A DNA stretch of 64,000 nucleotides from Bacteroidaceae bacterium (GCA_017429945.1 JAFRNY010000054.1:28451-92450), one strand, 5' to 3'; counted from the first letter of the stretch, positions 1 to 8,771 are shown. Numbers and translations are program-made. Notes: generated by a model not told the origin, from the sequence alone.

Positions 1-806
1 TCAGCTATTACGACTCGACCGGACCGATGAATGCATCCTACAACCTCGCCGGCAACTTCTTCTACCACCACCGCGACATCGCACAGTCCTTCACCTACGA
101 CCCCGTCACCGGTGTCAGCACCTACCGACCTATGAACGTAAGCGGAGCCTATCGCGCCCACGCCGAATTCGGCACCGACCGCACTATCGACGAGAAGCGC
201 TACTGGACCTGGCACGTCAATGCCGGAGCAGATTTCGACCACTCCAAAGACCATGCCCTGCTGGAGAATGCCCTCGAGAGCAGCGTCAACACCGTGAACA
301 CCCTCACCCTCAACGCCGGGGGCAACATCCGCTATAACCGCAAGACCCTCAACATCCGCGCCGTAGGCTATATCAATTGGCGAAAGAGCAGCAACCCCAA
401 TTCAGAGTTGGTTAACACTAACCTCTCCCCATGGAGCGGCGGAACCGTTGAGGCTGTCCTCGACTTCCAATACGGCCTCGAAGCCAGCTATACTACACCC
501 GCCCTCTGCGGCACCAAGGTCGGAGGTCTCACCCTCGCTGCTGATGCCACTATGTTCAATCGCCGTGGCTATGGCACGGCCGACCTCAATCGCCACGATT
601 TCGTCGTGAACGCATCCCTCAGTCAGCCTTTCCTGAAAGGCAAACTCATCCTTAGACTCGAAGCCTTCGACCTGCTGCACCAACTCTCACCCATCGACTA
701 TGACGTCAACGCTCAGGGCCGAACCGTCACGTGGTACCGCTCACTCCCGCACTACGTCATGCTCCACGCCGCCTGGCACTTCAATAAGAATCCCAAGAAG
801 AAATAA
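1..806 (+). CDS. outer-membrane beta-barrel protein, C-terminal part (5' end outside the window)
   Basis: The frame is open from the window edge, with no stop before the listed ATG at 27. The sequence has a beta-strand-like alternating pattern and an aromatic C-terminal strand (LHAAWHF). The C-terminus and ~75 nt of 3' flank are paralogous to CDS 3674..6460. Confidence 0.6.
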   Translation, partial: SYYDSTGPMNASYNLAGNFFYHHRDIAQSFTYDPVTGVSTYRPMNVSGAYRAHAEFGTDRTIDEKRYWTWHVNAGADFDHSKDHALLENALESSVNTVNTLTLNAGGNIRYNRKTLNIRAVGYINWRKSSNPNSELVNTNLSPWSGGTVEAVLDFQYGLEASYTTPALCGTKVGGLTLAADATMFNRRGYGTADLNRHDFVVNASLSQPFLKGKLILRLEAFDLLHQLSPIDYDVNAQGRTVTWYRSLPHYVMLHAAWHFNKNPKKK

Positions 807-861
807 AGATTACTTGATTTCAATAAAGTAGTTAATTTTCATTAGTCCTATAGGCAACCTA

Positions 862-890
862 CCCCGCTGCGTCGCGACGACGTGGCGGGG
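862..890 (+). terminator. 13-bp GC-rich hairpin after the partial beta-barrel gene
   Basis: CCCCGCTGCGTCG-CGA-CGACGTGGCGGGG (two G-U pairs). No strong U-run. Confidence 0.5.
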
Positions 891-1001
891 CAAATATTCA
901 TGTGCTGTTAACAAAGGTTAAAGTCATCCCATCTCGCGTGATATTTGTCTTCCAAAACGTTATATAGTATAGCAGCCCCACATAAGCAACGGTGCATACT
1001 A

Positions 1002-1562
1002 ATGGCAACAGACGAACAACAACTCATACAGGACATCCTCGGCGGACGCACAGAAGCGTTCGGCACGTTGGTCAGGCGCTACGGTGCTCCGTTGACAAGC
1101 TTCGTTGCCTGCTTCGTGGCCCAACATGACGACGTGGATGAAGTGGTGCAGCAAAGCTTCGTGGCTGCCTTTGAGCATCTATCTCAGTACGATGCCCGCC
1201 GTGCCAGCTTCAGCACCTGGCTTTGGCGCATAGCACGCCACACCGCCTTCAAGCACCTGACGCGCCGACGACCGCTGTTCATCGAGGAACAGCAAGGAGC
1301 CGTGCAAAGTCTGACGGACAGCGAGGCCGACGACCTCCTGCGTGAAGCCACGGATGCCCGCATCGCCATACTCCAACGCGCTACCGACCTGCTGCCATCC
1401 GATGACCAACTGCTGTTGCACCTCTACTATGCAGAGCAACACCAGCTAACAGACATCGCCTACATCCTCGACACAAACGCCAACGCCCTCTCCTCGCGCC
1501 TCTACCGCATACGCCAACACCTCGCCCAACTCATAAAACGTTTTGAACATGAAGCAGAATGA
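1002..1562 (+). CDS. ECF-type RNA polymerase sigma-70 factor
   Basis: Region 2-like (FGTLVRRYGAPLTSFV, SFSTWLWRIARHTAF) and region 4 HTH-like (LHLYYAEQHQLTDIAYILDTNANALSSRLYRIRQHL) signatures. The listed ORF starts at a TTG (945); the first ATG at 1002 gives a typical ~186-aa ECF sigma. Confidence 0.85.
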   Translation: MATDEQQLIQDILGGRTEAFGTLVRRYGAPLTSFVACFVAQHDDVDEVVQQSFVAAFEHLSQYDARRASFSTWLWRIARHTAFKHLTRRRPLFIEEQQGAVQSLTDSEADDLLREATDARIAILQRATDLLPSDDQLLLHLYYAEQHQLTDIAYILDTNANALSSRLYRIRQHLAQLIKRFEHEAE

Positions 1563-2322
1563 CCACATACCTAAAGACAACGCCCTGCGTCAAGCCCTCA
1601 GGCAGCGCGCCGAGCGGTGCACGGCAGAGAACCCCGTGCCGGCAGACCTCGAGGGCCTCGTCATGCAGCGAATCCTCCGGAGCAAGCAGCAGCCTGCCAC
1701 GCGCCGGCGTAGCCTGCTGCGCTTACTTCCCTGGTCCATAGCTGCAGCACTCCTCGTCGGCTTCACGCTGATGAAGGCCCTCTACCAGCTCCCCCATGAG
1801 GGAGAGAAGCCCCTCTCCCCGCTCCCCCGTGAGGGGGAGAGTCTCGCTACGCTCGAGTCCTCCCGACAAGTTGGAAACTTCACCTCACATGAGGAAGAAG
1901 GGAAAGCCCTCGCTATGATTCCAAGCATGGAAGAAAACAGCCCCATCCCCGGCAGACCGAGCCCAAGCAGACCCAACAGACCCACCCCCAACCCCTCCCA
2001 TGAGGGAGGGGAGTTCCTATCCCCGGACTATCAAGCGGATATGCAAGTCCCCCCTCGGGGGGATTTAGAGGGGGCCCTACCCTCCCTCACGGGAGGGGTC
2101 GGGGGTGGGTCTGCCAGGGGCAGGTCTGCTGGGGCTTTCGGGGGTGGGTCTGCTGAGGACTCCTCCCCCATTCCTCCCTCCAAGCAGGCTCTGGCTGATA
2201 TCTATCTGGCCGAAGTAGCCCTGCAGGTGGCCTATCGTAAGCAAGCCGCAGAGGAAGCCGTGCGCGCCTATCAAGCCGGCATCACCGGCGAAGAGACGCC
2301 GCAACCTATCATCGCATTTTAA
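1549..2322 (+). CDS. putative anti-sigma factor, single-pass membrane protein with a repeat-derived low-complexity linker
   Basis: Overlaps the sigma gene stop by 14 nt. One hydrophobic helix (LLRLLPWSIAAALLVGFTLMKAL). The central P/G/S-rich part is encoded by the hairpin repeat modules. First ATG is at 1549; the listed start at 1543 is TTG. Confidence 0.55.
   Translation: MKQNDHIPKDNALRQALRQRAERCTAENPVPADLEGLVMQRILRSKQQPATRRRSLLRLLPWSIAAALLVGFTLMKALYQLPHEGEKPLSPLPREGESLATLESSRQVGNFTSHEEEGKALAMIPSMEENSPIPGRPSPSRPNRPTPNPSHEGGEFLSPDYQADMQVPPRGDLEGALPSLTGGVGGGSARGRSAGAFGGGSAEDSSPIPPSKQALADIYLAEVALQVAYRKQAAEEAVRAYQAGITGEETPQPIIAF
1810..1842 (+). repeat. left-type hairpin module (CCCCTCTCCCCGCTCCCCC-GTGA-GGGGGAGAGT) inside the anti-sigma ORF
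   Basis: Near-identical to the left ends of the rnf spacer elements at 7351 and 9754. Confidence 0.8.
2075..2113 (+). repeat. right-type hairpin/G-run module inside the anti-sigma ORF
   Basis: CCCTACCCTCCCTCACGGGAGGGGTCGGGGGTGGGTCTG matches the right ends at 7466-7502 and 9860-9895. The tail is partly repeated at 2138-2155. A related small hairpin lies at 1992-2011. Confidence 0.8.
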
Positions 2323-2358
2323 CACGTTTACAGATTAACCATCAAGCCATATACGACT

Positions 2359-3555
2359 ATGAATACATCATTAAAGAAAATGCTTTTGAATCTAACCACT
2401 CCCTCCCTAACAGGGAGGGTGAGGGGTGGGTCTGTGATTCTTTTGCTGCTCGCAGCTACCACCGCTGCCGCCCAGCACATGACTCAGGACATCGAGGACT
2501 GGATGAACTCCAACATCAGTCGCGTCATCGACGCCAAGATCGGGGTGCAGAAAAGCCTCGGGCAGGAACGCGACGTGCTGACGGAGGGCAGGCCCCTGAA
2601 ATGGCGCTGCGACACATACTCTTTCAGGCTGCCCAAGCGGCAGCGCGCCCTGTTCGAAGAGATGAAGAAGGCTTTGGAGGCCAACGGTCACGACAACCCC
2701 AACTGCTACGGCATCAACAGCCTGACGGCTGGACAGGGCGAGCAGAACCAGCGCAACCTGATGATTGGGGATGATATGAATCGTTATGAAACCATCGGCA
2801 AGGACTACGACAATTACCTCAACATCAACATCCTCGACGCCGCCGACACCACCAAGACCCACCGATACGCCTACGCCCTCGAATGGCGCGAGGCAGCGAA
2901 GGGAGCCCTGGACGTACGCTACATCGTCACCTACGCAAAAATCCCTTCAGCCACGACGTCCATCTCAGTGTTTGACCTGGGCAGGGCGCGCGTCAACCCA
3001 CACGACAGAATAACGGTCAAAGGCCCCTTCCGCTTTCAATGGCAAGGCCGCGACTATCCCATCGAGAAGATTGACAGCATCTTCCACAACAAAAGGCAGG
3101 ATAGCAAACAAGAGTATGAACGGCTGGACAGCATCTTCCGAAAAAGCAAAGCAGAGGCCGACCGCATACGCAAAGCCTTTGTAAAAGGCAATTCTATTGT
3201 CGCGTGGGCAGACACCCTCGACCACGATACCGACCCCGTGAACGACGTCATCCTGCGCCTGCAGGAGGGGATAGACATCACCGCCGACGACCTGCTCTGC
3301 AACGACAACATCCTCCTCATCTTCTCGCAGCTGAAGCAGCAGTACCTGGCCGGACAGAACCGCGAGTTCAACGCCATCAGCATCTACAACCTCTGCCGAA
3401 AGGCCAACATCTACGGTTTCTTCAACGACAAATATTCCAAAGAAGAGCTGGAGCAGCTGAAGCGCGAGGTCACCGAGCTAATCGCTAAAGCCGAAGAGAC
3501 CTCTGAGAAGGCCTATCTCAGCCTGGCCCTCTCACAACTCATGAAAATCAAATAA
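2359..3555 (+). CDS. hypothetical secreted protein
   Basis: 398-aa ORF with a signal-like hydrophobic segment (VILLLLAATTAAAQ). No family recognised. Lies between the anti-sigma and beta-barrel genes. Confidence 0.5.
   Translation: MNTSLKKMLLNLTTPSLTGRVRGGSVILLLLAATTAAAQHMTQDIEDWMNSNISRVIDAKIGVQKSLGQERDVLTEGRPLKWRCDTYSFRLPKRQRALFEEMKKALEANGHDNPNCYGINSLTAGQGEQNQRNLMIGDDMNRYETIGKDYDNYLNINILDAADTTKTHRYAYALEWREAAKGALDVRYIVTYAKIPSATTSISVFDLGRARVNPHDRITVKGPFRFQWQGRDYPIEKIDSIFHNKRQDSKQEYERLDSIFRKSKAEADRIRKAFVKGNSIVAWADTLDHDTDPVNDVILRLQEGIDITADDLLCNDNILLIFSQLKQQYLAGQNREFNAISIYNLCRKANIYGFFNDKYSKEELEQLKREVTELIAKAEETSEKAYLSLALSQLMKIK
2395..2434 (+). repeat. right-type hairpin/G-run module inside the 5' end of ORF 2359..3555
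   Basis: ACCACTCCCTCCCTAACAGGGAGGGTGAGGGGTGGGTCTG differs from the 7464-7502 copy essentially only in the loop. Confidence 0.85.
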
Positions 3556-3596
3556 CGACGACCTCCCGCAATAAGCACCGCATGGTATGCGTTATA

Positions 3597-3673
3597 TTAA
3601 TGTGTTAATGCGTTAATTTGTTAATTTGTTAATTTGTTAATCTGCTAATCTGCTAATCTGTTAATCTGCTAAC
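3597..3673 (+). repeat. octamer tandem repeat (TTAATNTG / CTAATCTG), ~9.6 units
   Basis: Read directly. It ends at the base before ATG 3674. Confidence 0.95.
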
Positions 3674-6460
3674 ATGTCCCATTTTCCTCGCTTGCAGTTC
3701 ACGCTGCTCTGCGTCCTCCTTCTCGCAGTGCTGCCCCTGCGTGCCGACATCCTCAAGGGGCGCATCGTCGATGCCGAGACAAAAGAGCCGCTGCCCGAAG
3801 CTTCGCTGAAACTGGCACAGACCATCGACTACAACGGCAGCCAGGCAACAATGGTCATGCACAGCTCGGCCGACTCCCTGGGCTGCTTCCACCTCAACCT
3901 GCGCGGACGCGGCACGCTGGAAGCGTCGATGCTGGGCTACTACTCCAAGACGAAGACCGTGCTGGGCTTCTCCGAAGACAGGAAAGACACCGTGGACGTG
4001 GGCGATATCGAGCTGAAGCCTTCCGAGACGCTGATGAAGATGCTTGAGGTGAAAGGGCGTGCACGGCGCTTCACCGTGCGCGGCGACACCATCGTCTTCA
4101 ACCCCGAAGCCTTCCACCTGCAGGAAGGAGCGCGCCTCGACGAGCTCATCCGCCAGCTGCCCGGCGTGGAGGTGGCCGAGGACGGCACGATGACGTGGAA
4201 CGGCAAACCCATACGCATCACCATGGACGGTGAGAGCCTCTTCGGCGGCGACGGCATCGTCAGCCAGCTGCCGGCAGAGGCCGTGGAGAGCATCAAGGCC
4301 TACAACAAGGCGTCGAAGTTCAGCGAGCGCACAGGCAAGGACGACGGCGGCGAGGACATGGTGCTGGACCTCACCATCAAGCCCGGCTTCCTCGACCGCT
4401 GGTATGGCGACGCCACCGCTGAGTATCAGACGCCCAAGCACTACGATGCCGAACTCAGCATGAACCGCCTCTCGAAGACCGACCCCGCCATGTTCTTCGT
4501 AGATGCCAACAACGTGGACAAGCAGCATCACCGCTCCATGAACGGAGGATGGAGCAGCTGGAGCAACGGCTACGGGCAGGGGCAGAGCGCGGCCGGCGGC
4601 TACCAGCACAACTGGAACCGCGAGGAAGGCAAGCAGAAGCTGAGCAACCACTACAGCGTCAGCGGAGGCCTCTCGCACTTCGACCGCTGGAACAACACGC
4701 GCATCGAGACGGAGAACTTCCTCGAAGAAGCCGACGTGAAGCGCACCTACACCGAGAAGTACAACCGCAACCACGACCTCAGCCCCAACCTCAGCACCTA
4801 TTTCATCTGGGACCCTGACACGCTGAACACCTTCATCTTCGAAGCCAATGCCGACTTCTCACGCAAACGCTCCAACGGCCACACCGACACCGAGCAGGAA
4901 GGGCTGCTGCGACAGCTTACGCGCCGCAACGGCGAAGGCCACGAAGCTCGCTTCAGCACAGAAGGCTCCTGGCACCACTTCATGAAGGGCGATGCCGAAC
5001 TCGGTGCCAGCTACAAGATCAGCTACACCGACAGCGAGGACGAGCAATGGACGGAAAGGGAAATAAAACCCGACGGACCCAGCAGGTCTTTCACCCAATA
5101 CTCCCGCACCCCCTCCACCGCCTTCTCCCTCAGCGCTGAAGGCCACTACAAGCAATGGCTCGCGAAGCGGTGGCTCCTGGGCACCTCCTACGAATTCAGC
5201 TACAAGCGCAACCGCAGCCGTCAGCACTTCGAGACCGACGGCACGGCCGATGACGCCAACAGCTATCGCGACCACAACAACCTCCTCAGCCACGGCCTCA
5301 ACTTCAGCTCCACCGTCGACCTCAGTCCCGTGAAGATCATGCCGAGCCTCAAAGCCCACTGGCAGCGCGAGCATCAGGACTACCAACGAGGACTGCTCGA
5401 CACCACAGCCACACGCCGCCGGCTGCTGCTCACGCCCTCGGTGCGCATGACGTGGAAGATGACCAAGACCATCGGCTTGGAGCTGAACTACAGCCACGCC
5501 ACCTCGCAGCCCTCGCTCATCAGCACCCTGGCCTACCGCGACCAGACCGACCCGCTCTACATCACCGAAGGCAACCCACGGCTGCGCGACACCCACACCC
5601 ACAACGCCCGCCTGGACTTCAACACCGTACTTGCCCCCCAGCAGCTCTCGCTCAGCTTCAGCGCCGACTACAAGCAGAGCGACCGCGAGACGCGTACAGC
5701 CCTCACCTACCAACCCACAACGGGCATCTACACCAGCCGCCCCGAGAACGTGCGAGGCACGCAGGCATGGACCTTCCGCCTGAACTACGACCAAGGCCTG
5801 GGCGAAATCGTCCGCCTGCAGAACGACCTGAGCCTCACGACCGAGCAGAGCTACGCCCTCCTCACACAAATCTTAGCCTCAACTCCTGCCGTCCCGTTTC
5901 TTCAGCTGCCATTCTATGGCAGCCCTCCTCCTGCAAGCGAGGGCTCTGTCATCTCAACTCCCCTCCCCCTCGACGGAGGTCGGGATGGGGCTTCCACCCT
6001 CAACCGCCGCCACCAGCTCCGCCTCACCGAGCGCCTCACCGTCTCTGCCGACTGGAGCTGGCTGAAGCTCTCCGCCTTCGGCCTGCTCTCGCCCAACCGC
6101 CTGCGCTTCTCCCTATCGGACGAGCAGAACACCACCCTCTGGCAGAACCACTTCGGCCTGCGCGGCGAAGCCACCTGGCGTCAGTTCGTCTTCGAGACCA
6201 CACTGACAGAACAGATGTACGACGGCTACACCATAGCGAGCATGAACCGCAACCTCCTCGTCTGGGACGCCTCCGCCACCTGGAAGTTCCTCAAGAACAA
6301 GGCGCGCCTCAAGCTGGAGCTGAATGACATCCTCAACGCCAAGGACGGCAAATACATCAGCCAGAGCGCCTACCAGCAGACCGTCACCCGCAGCGACTTC
6401 CGCCACCACTACATCAGCCTCAGCTTCACCTACCACCTTGATGCGAAGACTAAAGAATGA
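3674..6460 (+). CDS. outer-membrane beta-barrel receptor-like protein with N-terminal carboxypeptidase-regulatory-like domain
   Basis: Signal peptide; ILKGRIVDAETKEPLPEASLKL (CarboxypepD_reg-like); plug-like segment (DELIRQLPGVEV..MDGESLFGG); long barrel ending in an aromatic strand (ISLSFTYHL). Confidence 0.75.
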   Translation: MSHFPRLQFTLLCVLLLAVLPLRADILKGRIVDAETKEPLPEASLKLAQTIDYNGSQATMVMHSSADSLGCFHLNLRGRGTLEASMLGYYSKTKTVLGFSEDRKDTVDVGDIELKPSETLMKMLEVKGRARRFTVRGDTIVFNPEAFHLQEGARLDELIRQLPGVEVAEDGTMTWNGKPIRITMDGESLFGGDGIVSQLPAEAVESIKAYNKASKFSERTGKDDGGEDMVLDLTIKPGFLDRWYGDATAEYQTPKHYDAELSMNRLSKTDPAMFFVDANNVDKQHHRSMNGGWSSWSNGYGQGQSAAGGYQHNWNREEGKQKLSNHYSVSGGLSHFDRWNNTRIETENFLEEADVKRTYTEKYNRNHDLSPNLSTYFIWDPDTLNTFIFEANADFSRKRSNGHTDTEQEGLLRQLTRRNGEGHEARFSTEGSWHHFMKGDAELGASYKISYTDSEDEQWTEREIKPDGPSRSFTQYSRTPSTAFSLSAEGHYKQWLAKRWLLGTSYEFSYKRNRSRQHFETDGTADDANSYRDHNNLLSHGLNFSSTVDLSPVKIMPSLKAHWQREHQDYQRGLLDTTATRRRLLLTPSVRMTWKMTKTIGLELNYSHATSQPSLISTLAYRDQTDPLYITEGNPRLRDTHTHNARLDFNTVLAPQQLSLSFSADYKQSDRETRTALTYQPTTGIYTSRPENVRGTQAWTFRLNYDQGLGEIVRLQNDLSLTTEQSYALLTQILASTPAVPFLQLPFYGSPPPASEGSVISTPLPLDGGRDGASTLNRRHQLRLTERLTVSADWSWLKLSAFGLLSPNRLRFSLSDEQNTTLWQNHFGLRGEATWRQFVFETTLTEQMYDGYTIASMNRNLLVWDASATWKFLKNKARLKLELNDILNAKDGKYISQSAYQQTVTRSDFRHHYISLSFTYHLDAKTKE
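5958..5992 (+). repeat. degenerate right-type module inside the beta-barrel ORF
   Basis: CTCCCCTCCCCCTCGACGGAGGTCGGGATGGGGC, translated as TPLPLDGGRDGAS. Confidence 0.5.
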
Positions 6461-6683
6461 TTACTTGATTTCAATAAAGCAATTAGTAAACGAGAGTCCT
6501 ATAGACACATTAGCCCCGCTGCGTCGTGAAAGGCTACGGGTAGGTGAACTTGCTCGGGAATTGACGCGGCGGGGCTTCTTAATATAGAGTTACCAAGGTC
6601 GAGCTGGTGGGTTTGTTCGGGAATTGACTCGGCGAGGCTTATCGAATAAAGGCCCACCCCCGAATCTGGGAGTGGGCCTTTTC

Positions 6684-6724
6684 TCCCCTCCACGGACGGG
6701 AGGGGTAAGGGGACGAGTCTTTTT
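6684..6724 (+). repeat. right-type module abutting the rnfA stop codon
   Basis: CTCCCCTCCACGGACGGGAGGGGTAAGGGGACGAGTCTTTTTT. The rnfA stop (6725-6727) lies in the T-run. Confidence 0.7.
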
Positions 6725-7342
6725 TTAGAGACCGAAGACCTTGGCGAGACCTCCGTCAACACCGCCGAAGCCCATGAAGGCCATTGCCAGCAGGCCTGCG
6801 GTGACGAGGGCGATGGGCATGCCCTGCATTCCCTTGGGAATGTCCATCATGGCAAGCTGCTCGCGGATGGCAGCAAAGATGGTGAGGGCGAGACCAAAGC
6901 CAAGAGCTGTGGAGACAGCATAGACAACACCTGTAAGCAGGTTGGGCTCGAGACCTTGTGCGTTGTAGGTGCCCTGTGCCACGAGGATGGCTACACCGAG
7001 GATGCAGCAGTTGGTGGTGATGAGGGGCAGGAAGACGCCGAGTGCCTGGTACAGGGCCGGCGACACTTTCTTCAACACGATCTCCACCATCTGCACGAGG
7101 GCAGCGATGACGAGGATGAAGGCTATGGTCTGCAAGTAGACGAGGTCATACTTGACGAGCAAGATCTGAATAAGATAGGTGACAATCGTGGCTATGGTAA
7201 GCACGAAAGCAACGGCTGCGGACATACCGAGGGCGGTGTCCACTTTCTTCGACACACCGAGGAACGGGCAGATTCCGAGGAACTGCGAGAAGACGATGTT
7301 GTTGACGAAGATGGCCGAGAAGAAGATTAATAGATAAGCCAT
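6725..7342 (-). CDS. rnfA: Rnf electron transport complex subunit A
   Basis: Polytopic membrane protein with the RnfA/NqrE signature N-terminus (IFVNNIVFSQFLGICPFLGVSKK). Last gene of the rnf cluster. Confidence 0.9.
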   Translation of the reverse strand: MAYLLIFFSAIFVNNIVFSQFLGICPFLGVSKKVDTALGMSAAVAFVLTIATIVTYLIQILLVKYDLVYLQTIAFILVIAALVQMVEIVLKKVSPALYQALGVFLPLITTNCCILGVAILVAQGTYNAQGLEPNLLTGVVYAVSTALGFGLALTIFAAIREQLAMMDIPKGMQGMPIALVTAGLLAMAFMGFGGVDGGLAKVFGL

Positions 7343-7350
7343 AATATCGG

Positions 7351-7502
7351 ACCCCCTCCCCGCTCCCCCTCAAGGGGGAGTGTAGAATGTATTTGAGCGG
7401 TAGAGGTTAACAGGGTCATTTCTTTGATGCGTTATACAATTGAGTACAATTCTTGAATGGTAACCACTCCCTCCCTTTGAGGGAGGGTGAGGGGTGGGTC
7501 TT
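7351..7502 (+). repeat. ~150-bp composite element (left hairpin + AT-richer core + right hairpin/G4 motif) filling the rnfE-rnfA spacer
   Basis: Colinear with the copy at 9754..9895, with the same orientation and the same end modules. Confidence 0.9.
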
Positions 7503-8087
7503 TTAGATCTTCGCTGTTTTCTTGACGATTGCAATCAGATAGCCGAGGGCAATGAATGCGCCGGGGGCGAGGACGAAGAGGAGCATGCCGTAGTTCTCCG
7601 AATAGAGGGTTGCGCCGAAGAGCTTACCTGTGCCAAGGAGCTCACGGATGCCACCGAGGAGCGTCAGCGCGATGGTGAAGCCAAGACCTATGCCAAGGCC
7701 ATCGAAGATGCTCTCCACGGGACCGTTCTTAGCGGCGAAAGCCTCAGCACGACCGAGGATGATGCAGTTCACGACGATCAGCGGGATGAACAGACCGAGG
7801 GTCTTGTAGACCTCAGGCGTATAGGCCTGCATGAACATCTGAAGGGCCGTGACGAGCGATGCGATGACGACGATGTACGAGGGAATGCGCACCTGATCGG
7901 GGATAAGGTTCTTGATGCAGGCGATGATGAAGTTGGAGAAGATGAGGACTGCCATAGTGGCCAGACCCATCGACATACCATTGATGGCGCTGGAAGTGGT
8001 TCCGAGCGTGGGGCACATACCAAGGAGAAGGACGAAGGTCGGGTTCTCCTTGAGGATGCCGTTCCATAAGATCTTAATGTATTTCAT
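7503..8087 (-). CDS. rnfE: Rnf electron transport complex subunit E
   Basis: RnfE/NqrD signature (NGILKENPTFVLLLGMCPTLGTTSSAINGMSMG). Position between rnfG and rnfA. Confidence 0.9.
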   Translation of the reverse strand: MKYIKILWNGILKENPTFVLLLGMCPTLGTTSSAINGMSMGLATMAVLIFSNFIIACIKNLIPDQVRIPSYIVVIASLVTALQMFMQAYTPEVYKTLGLFIPLIVVNCIILGRAEAFAAKNGPVESIFDGLGIGLGFTIALTLLGGIRELLGTGKLFGATLYSENYGMLLFVLAPGAFIALGYLIAIVKKTAKI

Positions 8088-8105
8088 AATCGTTTCTCCT
8101 TGGGT

Positions 8106-8771
8106 TTAGTTGTTGGATTGGCCCTCGGGAACTTCCTCGGACACGTTTACTTCTTCGGGGCTGGCTTTAGCATGCTGCTGAGCAGAAGCTCCGCTCTGTG
8201 CGTCGGCAGAAGCTGATGCACCGGCGTAGGCATGGAAAGCAACATTGACGGCGCGGAGGAAAGCGCGGGAGGTGATGGTGGAAGCTGTAATGGCATCCAC
8301 GTCGCCACCGTCCTTGCTGACGGTCAGTTCCTTCTCGCCGGGGTTCTTACCGATGATGTCGCCCTTTTCGCCCTTCTGGAACCAGAAATTGGCTTTGGCA
8401 CCGAGGCCCGGGGTCTCAGCATGTTCGAGAACGGTGTAGCCCTTGATGGTACCCTCTTCGGAGAAACCGACGAGGACCTTCAATGTGCCGCCGAAGCCAT
8501 TGGGATCAACAGCCTGAACAGCCATGCCCTTGTCTGTAGAATAAAGGATGACATCGTTGCCATTGGCGTCCTGCACGGTCTTGGTATCCTTCACCTGAGC
8601 GTCTGTAACGCCAAGCACAGAGTTGATGCCTTCGGCGAGAGTGCGAGCCTTATTCTCTTCGATGGGGCCTGCGGTAATCTTATTCACGTAGGCCAATGCT
8701 CCAGCGGCGATGACCGAGATAAGGGTCAGCACCAGGAGCATATTAGGAAGTGTTGATGGTAACTTTTTCAT
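8106..8771 (-). CDS. rnfG: Rnf complex subunit G (FMN-binding)
   Basis: N-terminal anchor; ETPGLGAK and FMN-attachment-type motif (DAITASTITSRAF). Low-complexity Ala/Ser C-terminal tail. Confidence 0.85.
   Translation of the reverse strand: MKKLPSTLPNMLLVLTLISVIAAGALAYVNKITAGPIEENKARTLAEGINSVLGVTDAQVKDTKTVQDANGNDVILYSTDKGMAVQAVDPNGFGGTLKVLVGFSEEGTIKGYTVLEHAETPGLGAKANFWFQKGEKGDIIGKNPGEKELTVSKDGGDVDAITASTITSRAFLRAVNVAFHAYAGASASADAQSGASAQQHAKASPEEVNVSEEVPEGQSNN

Noticed and set aside
945-1001. Upstream extensions of listed ORFs (945 for sigma, 1543 for anti-sigma, 15439 for nudC, up to 19026 for the glycogen-synthase-like gene, up to 58748 for panB)
   Set aside because: The extensions start at non-ATG codons or add non-homologous residues that overlap a neighbouring gene or a promoter box. 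Internal ATGs give canonical N-termini.
7343-7502. Reading the rnf spacer elements as true operon-splitting terminators plus new promoters
   Set aside because: On the transcribed strand the hairpins are not followed by U-runs, and I see no TAnnTTTG box inside the elements. I therefore keep a single rnf operon with internal structured elements. This is unresolved without transcript data.
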